A DNA stretch of 64,000 bases from an uncultured Candidatus Saccharibacteria bacterium (GTDB lineage Bacteria > Patescibacteriota > Minisyncoccia > Phycocordibacterales > UBA1006), in assembly GCA_964592365.1 (NCBI GenBank), contig CAZQDL010000001.1, positions 79,541 through 143,540 on the forward strand, given 5' to 3'. Position numbers and translations under genes: made by a program. Of the stretch, positions 9,505-16,566 are shown one piece after another. The notes below the pieces were generated by a model. The model was not told where the DNA came from. It saw only the letters and a list, made by a program, of their open reading frames with translations, and ran no database searches. Each line of letters begins with the position of its first letter. Within the stretch, counting starts at the first letter, position 1.

Positions 9505-10455
9505 ATGGAGTATCTATGTATTATATATAATATGAACTTTAATCCAGAAAAAATTAATATTCCTGAAAAAAGGGGAATATTAGAAAATGAAAAGCATCTA
9601 AATATTCTATATGAAAGAATAGAGAAAAAACTTGCTAGTTATAAGCCAGATCTTGAAGATTTTCGGGATATCTATTTTGATGAAGTTGATAAAGATATGG
9701 TTTATGTTGAAGAAAAATTGAAACAATTTGATGAATCATTAAATAACAGAGAGGATGGAGATTTTTTTAAGAAAGAAAAAAAAATTGCTCTTATCACTGA
9801 GGGAATTCTTACAGACCAATTATCAGGAGAGTGGTTTAACTCTCTTAAAGAGGACGCTCCATATACTGTGGTTGCACATCCAACTTCAGATTTTGATGAC
9901 ATACGTAATGGGGCTGATTTGGTTCTAGAAGTTTTTAACAAAGACAAAGAGCAATCAAAACACTTGGGATTATCAATTGACGTTACTTTTTCTTCAGATA
10001 TTGAAAATCTTAACAGAAAGATGGAAAGGATAATTGGAGATATTACAGGAAAACATGGAAAACCTGCTCAAGTAAAATATTTTGAAAGTGATTTTGATGA
10101 TTACAAAGGTGCCGTAACCATCGCAAGAAGTGTTATTGTTCTTTCAAGAAATACCATAGAAGATCTCTTTAAAAAAGAATACTCAAGAGACAAAGACGGT
10201 CTTTCAAGTCACCAAGTTCAGCTTTCATTGCTCACCCAACTTCAAGAGCAAGCAGAAACTTTTTTACAGTTATGTAAGGTTCATGGAAATTCAGAACTTG
10301 GAAGTATTTATGAGGATATTTATAAAAATATCAAATATCTCAAAGACGAGAAAAAAATAAGTCATTTTGAATTAGAACAAGACCCAATATTACTTCAAGA
10401 AAAGTATGACGGTCTTAAATTACTGCATCGAGCATTACTCAATAACATAATGTAA
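9505..10455 (+). CDS. Hypothetical protein (316 aa)
   Basis: Long ORF with coding-like composition. No motifs recognised. Confidence 0.4.
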   Translation: MEYLCIIYNMNFNPEKINIPEKRGILENEKHLNILYERIEKKLASYKPDLEDFRDIYFDEVDKDMVYVEEKLKQFDESLNNREDGDFFKKEKKIALITEGILTDQLSGEWFNSLKEDAPYTVVAHPTSDFDDIRNGADLVLEVFNKDKEQSKHLGLSIDVTFSSDIENLNRKMERIIGDITGKHGKPAQVKYFESDFDDYKGAVTIARSVIVLSRNTIEDLFKKEYSRDKDGLSSHQVQLSLLTQLQEQAETFLQLCKVHGNSELGSIYEDIYKNIKYLKDEKKISHFELEQDPILLQEKYDGLKLLHRALLNNIM

Positions 10456-10457
10456 AA

Positions 10458-11222
10458 ATGAATATAGACATTCTTTTTGAAAATAAACACGTCCTCATCA
10501 TTAATAAGCCTGCTGGTTTAGTGGTCCATCCCGATGGGAAAACAACCGAACCTACTGTCGTAGATTGGGTTCTTGAAAGATACCCAGAAATCAATGGGGT
10601 AGGTGAAGATATGGAATTTGATTTCAAAGGAGAAACCATTTGTATTAAAAGACCGGGAATTGTTCATCGTATAGATAGAGATACTTCAGGTTGTTTGGTC
10701 ATCGCAAAAACTGAAGATTCATTTCAACATATCAAACAGCTTTTCAAAGACAGAAAAATATCAAAAACATATCAAGCTTTGGTATATGGTGCGATACCAA
10801 AAGATCAGGGAATTATAGATGCCCCTATTGGAAAAAGCAGAAAGGAATTTCGTTTGATGCAAGCTGGCCCTGATGCTCGCGGTTTACTTCGTGATGCTTA
10901 TACAGAGTACAAGGTACTACAGAGATTTGAAGATATACATGATATAGATAAACAAAAGCAAACAGCAAAATATACTCTTGTCTCTTTATCACCTAAAACA
11001 GGAAGAACTCACCAACTTAGGGTTCATATGAAATATATACATCACCCTATTGTTTCTGATTCTCTGTATAAGGGTAAAAGAAAGAATGTCTTGGGTATGG
11101 AACGCACAGCTCTTCACGCAATGAGCATTTCTTTTGTTGATCTTGATAATATGGAAATTAATGTTGTCTGTGATATTCCACAGGACATGCAACATTCTAT
11201 ACAAAGACTCTCTACAATGTAG
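10458..11222 (+). CDS. RluA-family pseudouridine synthase
   Basis: Catalytic motif HRIDRDTSG and the downstream HQLRVHM motif. Confidence 0.8.
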   Translation: MNIDILFENKHVLIINKPAGLVVHPDGKTTEPTVVDWVLERYPEINGVGEDMEFDFKGETICIKRPGIVHRIDRDTSGCLVIAKTEDSFQHIKQLFKDRKISKTYQALVYGAIPKDQGIIDAPIGKSRKEFRLMQAGPDARGLLRDAYTEYKVLQRFEDIHDIDKQKQTAKYTLVSLSPKTGRTHQLRVHMKYIHHPIVSDSLYKGKRKNVLGMERTALHAMSISFVDLDNMEINVVCDIPQDMQHSIQRLSTM

Positions 11223-11262
11223 AGATTTTTTGTATACTAATAGAAACAAAAAATAATCTGAC

Positions 11263-11718
11263 ATGAAAAAACTTAATACCTTTCCTCATCTGTATGGATA
11301 CAATAAATCTACACGGATATTTAATTTCAGTGAGCCAAATTGCATGAAACTAAATGAAAACTACTTCAGTAGTATTCTTGATATGATGCAACAAGAAATC
11401 AATACCATATATAAATGTAATATTATGCTTATCCACGATCTCTTTGATAGAGAATGTATTTCACAAGAGATGTATCATAATATTGTTGAAGTTCCGTTAG
11501 TTGATTTAAGTGCACAAGTAACTACATATTTTCAAGATGACTGTAATGAACAGATAACTCATTTGGTATTAGTTGTTCCACTTGAAAAAGAACATGAAAC
11601 AGTTGAGTTATTAGAAGCATATTTTCAAACATTCATCGTTGGTGTGAATAAATTTATATATGTTCCAACTGATGCAATAGAGACGCTCTTCTTTAGAGCA
11701 AAAAAGCTTATCAATTAA
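11263..11718 (+). CDS. Hypothetical protein (151 aa)
   Basis: ORF only. Confidence 0.35.
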   Translation: MKKLNTFPHLYGYNKSTRIFNFSEPNCMKLNENYFSSILDMMQQEINTIYKCNIMLIHDLFDRECISQEMYHNIVEVPLVDLSAQVTTYFQDDCNEQITHLVLVVPLEKEHETVELLEAYFQTFIVGVNKFIYVPTDAIETLFFRAKKLIN

Positions 11719-11730
11719 TGATAAGCTTTT
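11702..11730. terminator. Bidirectional terminator (12 bp perfect palindrome AAAAGCTTATCA / TGATAAGCTTTT)
   Basis: Lies between convergent genes and overlaps the stop codon of 11263..11718. Confidence 0.6.
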
Positions 11731-11733
11731 ATA

Positions 11734-11973
11734 TTACAAACGTAATAGTGAAACAATAGCAACAACCCCAAAGAAAACTTCAAGAGTTACGTTCGCCCAA
11801 TTTTTGTCAGCATATACTCTGATTCCTAATAACAAGGCTCCAATTAGGTTAATGAATGGATACCAAAAACCTAAAGAGGGAATTATTCCAAATGAATTTA
11901 ATGCATATGCCGTCATAATACAGAAGGTTCCTATCCATCCAATGACACGTAATAATGGGCTAATTTTCTTCAT
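11734..11973 (-). CDS. Small membrane protein (2 TM helices)
   Basis: Hydrophobic 79 aa ORF. Confidence 0.35.
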   Translation of the reverse strand: MKKISPLLRVIGWIGTFCIMTAYALNSFGIIPSLGFWYPFINLIGALLLGIRVYADKNWANVTLEVFFGVVAIVSLLRL

Positions 11974-12056
11974 ATTACCAATATCGTACCATGATAAGAA
12001 AAAAACCGTCTAATCTTCTTGATATTTTTACGTCCTGTGTTAATCTCAAGTTCATT

Positions 12057-12566
12057 ATGGCAACAACAGCAACACAATTTCTCCCTGCTGACGTACAAAA
12101 TCGAAAAGATTTTGATGTACGTGCAGGTGATACCGTAAAGGTGAATCTAAAGATTCAAGAAAAAGGTAAAACTAGAATTCAAACCTTCCAAGGTCTTGTT
12201 CTTGCGCGAAAGCATGGAGCAGAAAATGGAGGAACTATTACCGTTAGAAAAGTTTCAAACGGAATTGGAGTAGAAAGAATTTTCCCGTTATATTCACCTT
12301 CAATTGATTCAATCGAAGTACTACGACGAGCTAAGGTTCGACAGTCTAAACTATACTTCCTAAGAGATGTAGTATCAAAGACTCTACGATACAAACTTCG
12401 AAGAATTACTGATCTAGGAACTTCAACAGGAGATCTTGATCCAATTGAATCAATGACTCAAGGAGAAGATACAGAAATTTCAGAAGAAGATATGATGGAA
12501 GAAGCAACTGAAGAAGCAACTGAAGAAGCAACTGAAGAAGTAGCTGAAGAAGAAAAAGAAGCTTAA
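12057..12566 (+). CDS. rplS: 50S ribosomal protein L19 with an acidic repeat C-terminal extension
   Basis: L19 core (DFDVRAGDTVKV...GKTRIQTFQGLVLARKHG...ITVRKVSNGIGVERIFPLYSP). The start is trimmed to the ATG at 12057. The C-terminus carries an EEATEEATEEATEEVAEEE repeat. Confidence 0.85.
   Translation: MATTATQFLPADVQNRKDFDVRAGDTVKVNLKIQEKGKTRIQTFQGLVLARKHGAENGGTITVRKVSNGIGVERIFPLYSPSIDSIEVLRRAKVRQSKLYFLRDVVSKTLRYKLRRITDLGTSTGDLDPIESMTQGEDTEISEEDMMEEATEEATEEATEEVAEEEKEA
12498..12557 (+). repeat. 12 bp tandem repeat (GAAGAAGCAACT, about 5 units) inside the rplS 3' end
   Basis: Read directly. It encodes the EEAT repeats. Confidence 0.8.
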
Positions 12567-12580
12567 GCTTCTTTTTTTCT
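12555..12580 (+). terminator. rplS terminator (GAAGCTTAAGCTTC palindrome plus T7)
   Basis: Hairpin overlapping the stop codon, followed by a T-run. Confidence 0.6.
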
Positions 12581-12582
12581 TT

Positions 12583-12590
12583 GGTATAAT
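12583..12590 (+). promoter_or_regulatory. -10 box TATAAT lying 8 nt upstream of the ATG at 12599 (leaderless-type)
   Basis: TGGTATAAT-N8-ATG. Confidence 0.45.
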
Positions 12591-12598
12591 GTTGGTAT

Positions 12599-12850
12599 AT
12601 GACAAAAGATATATCAAACATTGAATTAAAAAAACATCTTAATCGTTTCCTTATGATCACAGAATTATTCTTTCTTGTGGTTGTTGTGCTTAATGTTTTG
12701 AATCCTAAAGAAGGAGTAAGTATTGAATTAATACAAAAGAATCTATCTGAGGGGGTAACTTTTACGATTACTATCGTAGCTCTACTCATTGCACTGATGG
12801 CTCATGTATACCGAGGATGGCTTAAAGATTTTGATTTTGTTGCAAAATAG
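12599..12850 (+). CDS. Small membrane protein (83 aa)
   Basis: Hydrophobic ORF directly downstream of a promoter-like element. Confidence 0.35.
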   Translation: MTKDISNIELKKHLNRFLMITELFFLVVVVLNVLNPKEGVSIELIQKNLSEGVTFTITIVALLIALMAHVYRGWLKDFDFVAK

Positions 12851-12887
12851 TTTTGAGTTGAGAGAAGGATAAAGGTATACTATATAT

Positions 12888-13889
12888 ATGGAACTTATTT
12901 ATACAATCATTACCCTTATTCTTAGTATCTCTGGATTTTTAATTGCAGAGAAAATTATTCTCATGAAGAAGAAACCTGAACCAATTACTTGTCCAATTGG
13001 TTATTCATGTGATGAGGTTATTAGAGGAAAGCATTCAACATTCTTTGGTATCCCTACTGTTAATATTGGAAGACTCTTTTACCTTGGTATGACATCCTTC
13101 TTTTTGGTAAATGTATTTCTTCCAATGCCTCAAGAACTTACATTTATTGCTTTGTTAATTTCTGGTTTTGCTTTGTTAACTTCATTTTACTTAACCTTTG
13201 TACAATTATTAGTAATTAAAAAGTGGTGTAGTTGGTGTTTATTCTCAGCTCTTATCAATCTATTTCTCTTTGTAATTGTTTTTCTAGGGTATTCTGAAAC
13301 CTTCGTTGAATTTCTTTTTAGTTATCGACATCTTCTTGAATGGTTATTTGTTGCATCAACACTTATCGGTACACTTGCAACAACACTCCATGCTTCACGA
13401 TTTATAATCTTCTTAAAAGATTTCAAAATTACGAAAGGTGAATACAAAAGATTAATTATGTATTCACAGACTGCTTGGGTATCCATTGCATTTGCATTTC
13501 TTTCTGGAGCTGGATTAATCCTTACTGATGTATATCGTGAGATTACTGGAAATTCTGAGTTCATGGTTATGGGTATTATCATTGGGGTACTCATCGTATA
13601 TGAATTTATCCAGAATATGATTATCGCCCCTCAACTTATTGATATTCATTTTGGTGACAAACCTAAACTTGATGATGTGGAACATAACTATCAGAGAAAA
13701 ATTGCATTTTCCTTTGTGATGGTAGGTGTAGTTTCATGGTACATGCTTCTACTGTTTTCAAACTTTTCATGGCATGAATATGAACCTCTTTTCTTACTAT
13801 GGATCTATACTGGTGTGATTATCGCATCAGTTGCACTAGCTCTTGTTTTTGAAAGACTTATCTACAAAAAATCATTGCTCGAGGAATAA
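12888..13889 (+). CDS. VKOR-family (vitamin K epoxide reductase-like) thiol oxidoreductase fused to an extra C-terminal polytopic membrane domain
   Basis: Loop cysteine pair (ITCPIGYSCDE) and a TM CXXC (KKWCSWC) in the N-terminal ~140 aa. About 4 additional TM helices follow. A TATACT -10 box sits 6 nt upstream of the ATG. Confidence 0.6.
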   Translation: MELIYTIITLILSISGFLIAEKIILMKKKPEPITCPIGYSCDEVIRGKHSTFFGIPTVNIGRLFYLGMTSFFLVNVFLPMPQELTFIALLISGFALLTSFYLTFVQLLVIKKWCSWCLFSALINLFLFVIVFLGYSETFVEFLFSYRHLLEWLFVASTLIGTLATTLHASRFIIFLKDFKITKGEYKRLIMYSQTAWVSIAFAFLSGAGLILTDVYREITGNSEFMVMGIIIGVLIVYEFIQNMIIAPQLIDIHFGDKPKLDDVEHNYQRKIAFSFVMVGVVSWYMLLLFSNFSWHEYEPLFLLWIYTGVIIASVALALVFERLIYKKSLLEE

Positions 13890-13955
13890 AAAGATGTATA
13901 CTACAAATGCCCTTATATGGGTATTTTGTTTACCGTTGGTGAATAAAAGATATAT

Positions 13956-14031
13956 GGTGACTATGGTATAACGGTTATTACTCGGGTTTGTGGTACCTGC
14001 AATCAGGGTTCGATTCCCTGTAGTCACCCCA
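13956..14031 (+). tRNA. tRNA-His (anticodon GUG) with a genome-encoded G-1 and an encoded 3' CCA
   Basis: Manual fold. G-1 at 13956. Acceptor stem GTGACTA/TAGTCAC, anticodon stem-loop CGGGT-TTGTGGT-ACCTG, T-arm CAGGG-TTCGATT-CCCTG, discriminator C, then CCA. Confidence 0.8.
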
Positions 14032-14044
14032 ATTGAGAATAAGT

Positions 14045-14070
14045 GAGGCGAAAGCCTCGCTTTTCTCTTT
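14045..14070 (+). terminator. Hairpin (GAGGC-GAAA-GCCTC) followed by a T-run, downstream of tRNA-His
   Basis: Read directly. Confidence 0.5.
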
Positions 14071-14169
14071 ATTTCCAAGCGTTTTATCCAGAGATTGCTT
14101 TTGCAAACGACCTTTTGATGATGTATAGTAATGGTATCAAATGTTAGGTTATAAATCAACGATATTTTT

Positions 14170-14367
14170 ATGAAAAATCAATCAAAGAACGATGAAAACA
14201 TTGAGTTACTGACCTTGCAAGAGGCTTGTGACGTACTCAAGGTACATCCCAACACCTTACGACAATGGGATAAAATAGGAACGCTTCCCGCTATTCGCAT
14301 TGGGACCAAGCGTATACGACGTTACAGAAAACAAGACATTATGAGTTTCCTTGAAGGTAACTCATAA
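14170..14367 (+). CDS. Small HTH DNA-binding protein of the excisionase (Xis/MerR-like) family. Possible island excisionase or R-M controller.
   Basis: LTLQEACDVLKVHPNTLRQWDKIGTLPAIRIGTKRIRRY matches the excisionase-family helix-turn-helix pattern. It is the first gene after tRNA-His and the first gene of the methyltransferase operon. Confidence 0.55.
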   Translation: MKNQSKNDENIELLTLQEACDVLKVHPNTLRQWDKIGTLPAIRIGTKRIRRYRKQDIMSFLEGNS

Positions 14368-14398
14368 GAATACCAAGACTCATCAGATTAAAATTACT

Positions 14399-15061
14399 AT
14401 GAACAATCTTACTAAATCAAAAAAACGAATACGTGACCATGGTGAAGTTTTCACCCCTGATTTTATTGTGGAAGATATGCTTGATTTGGTGAAAAATGAA
14501 ACTGAGCGTATAGAGTCACGCTTTCTTGAGCCCGCGTGTGGAGATGGAAATTTCTTGATCAAAGTACTTGAACGAAAGATGGAGGTTGTAAAAAAACGAT
14601 ACAAGAAAAGTCAATTTGATTATGAGAGAATGGTGCTCATTGCTGTGGGAAGTACATACGGAGTTGATTTACTAGATGATAACGTCAAAGATGCACGTGA
14701 TAGGTTACATGAATACTGTGCGAATGAATATATTAAACTATTCAAAAATAAGGTTCACGAAGAGGTATTAGAAAGTATGAGATACATTTTAAGTAAAAAT
14801 ATCTTACAAGGTGATGCTTTGAGTTTAAAAAACAAAAATGGCGAACCGATAACTTTTGCAGAATGGTCTCTTGTAAATGGTTCAAAAATAAAACGCAGAG
14901 ATTTCCAATTTGTAGACCTTGCTGAATTTGACCCAGCTATCCCAAGCTTGTTTTCTGTCAGTGAAGAGTCAGACACGGGTAAGGTAGTATTTTCGCCACA
15001 ACCATCAATAGATTATCCAGCAGTAAATTTTATGAAATTACATGAATCATATGAAAACTAA
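14399..15061 (+). CDS. N6-adenine methyltransferase-like protein. It has the SAM-binding motifs X and I but lacks the catalytic motif IV.
   Basis: GEVFTPDFIV (motif X) and FLEPACGDGNFL (motif I). A possible motif III is ILQGDALS. No (N/D/S)PP(Y/F/W) follows. Start trimmed to the ATG at 14399. Confidence 0.45.
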   Translation: MNNLTKSKKRIRDHGEVFTPDFIVEDMLDLVKNETERIESRFLEPACGDGNFLIKVLERKMEVVKKRYKKSQFDYERMVLIAVGSTYGVDLLDDNVKDARDRLHEYCANEYIKLFKNKVHEEVLESMRYILSKNILQGDALSLKNKNGEPITFAEWSLVNGSKIKRRDFQFVDLAEFDPAIPSLFSVSEESDTGKVVFSPQPSIDYPAVNFMKLHESYEN

Positions 15062-16565
15062 CCTTAACTACAATCCAGATGTACTTGATGCACTTGCTAA
15101 CCTTAGTAACGATGAGGTCTTTACACCACCAAAACTTGTAAATGAAGTCCTAGATATGTTACCTAGCGAACTTTGGAATGATAAGAATGCAACATTTTTA
15201 GACCCAGCAACAAAGTCAGGAGTATTTTTACGAGAAATTGCAAAACGTTTGATTGAAGGACTTGAAAAAGAAATTCCAGATCTACAAGAACGACTTAATC
15301 ATATCTATACCAAACAATTATTTGGCATTGGAATCACAGAACTGACTTCGTTACTCGCCCGCAGGAGTCTCTATTGTTCAAAAATAGCAAATCACGAAAA
15401 ATACTCGGTATGTACAGAATTTGAAAACCCAGATGGAAACATTAGATTCGAGCGCATTGAACATGCTTGGAAGAATGGAAAATGTGAAGACTGTGGAGCG
15501 AGCGAAGGTGAGTATGATCGACATGAATCGCTAGAAACCCATGCCTATGAATTTATTCATAAAAAACCAGAAGAAATTATCAGTTTATTTAATAAAAAAG
15601 ATATGAAATTTGACGTAATTATAGGAAATCCACCATACCAAATGGGTACTGGTGGTCCATCTGCTCAAGCAACGCCTTTGTACGATAAGTTCGTTCAGCA
15701 AGCAAAAAAACTAAATCCAAGATTTCTATCAATGATTATCCCCGCACGGTGGTACAGTGGAGGAATGGGTCTCAATGATTTTAGATCTGACATGTTGAAT
15801 GATCAACGTTTACGGAAGCTTGTGGATTACACAGATTCATCAGAATGTTTTCCTGGTGTTTCGATTAAGGGAGGTATTTGTTATTTTCTCTGGAATAGAG
15901 ATGACCGTGGTTTATGTAATGTTTTAAGTATTACAAATGGACAAAAAAAAGAATCAGATAGATTTCTAGTTGAAGAAGGAAGTGATATTTTTATTAGATT
16001 CAATGAAGCAATATCAATCTTAAGAAAAGTTAAAGATAAGAAAGAGAAATTATTTTATGAATTTGTTTCTTCACAAAAACCATTTGGATTCCCAACAAAT
16101 TTTAGAGGAAAATCAAAACCATTTAAAGACTCAATTAAAATTTATGTAACAAAAGGCATTAACTATATTGATCGCAACCTTGTTGAGAAAAACATTGATT
16201 TAATTGATAGTTATAAAATCTTGAATACAAAAGGATATGGAGCTGGAGAATCTTTTCCACATCAAATTTTAAATAAACCAATCTTAGCTGAACCAGGAAC
16301 TTGCTGTTCGGAGACATACATTGTATTAGGTATTTATAAAAATAGAGAAGAAGCTGAAAATGCAATTTCTTATATAAAAACCAAATTTTTTAGATTTCTT
16401 GTTATGCTACAAAAGAACACTCAGGATTCCTTAAAAAGGGTTTATAAATTTGTTCCAATACAAGATTTTTCAGAAGAATGGACAGACGAAAAGTTATATA
16501 AAAAATACAAACTAACCAAAGAAGAAATTGATTTTATCGAATCAATGATTCGACCAATGGAATAA
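15042..16565 (+). CDS. Gamma-class N6-adenine DNA methyltransferase (Eco57I/TaqI-like motif order X-I-IV) with a 4-Cys insertion
   Basis: DEVFTPPKLV (X), FLDPATKSGVFL (I) and FDVIIGNPPYQ (IV). A CxxxxxxxxC...CxxC zinc-ribbon-like insert lies between motifs I and IV. Confidence 0.75.
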   Translation: MNHMKTNLNYNPDVLDALANLSNDEVFTPPKLVNEVLDMLPSELWNDKNATFLDPATKSGVFLREIAKRLIEGLEKEIPDLQERLNHIYTKQLFGIGITELTSLLARRSLYCSKIANHEKYSVCTEFENPDGNIRFERIEHAWKNGKCEDCGASEGEYDRHESLETHAYEFIHKKPEEIISLFNKKDMKFDVIIGNPPYQMGTGGPSAQATPLYDKFVQQAKKLNPRFLSMIIPARWYSGGMGLNDFRSDMLNDQRLRKLVDYTDSSECFPGVSIKGGICYFLWNRDDRGLCNVLSITNGQKKESDRFLVEEGSDIFIRFNEAISILRKVKDKKEKLFYEFVSSQKPFGFPTNFRGKSKPFKDSIKIYVTKGINYIDRNLVEKNIDLIDSYKILNTKGYGAGESFPHQILNKPILAEPGTCCSETYIVLGIYKNREEAENAISYIKTKFFRFLVMLQKNTQDSLKRVYKFVPIQDFSEEWTDEKLYKKYKLTKEEIDFIESMIRPME

Positions 16566-16566
16566 T

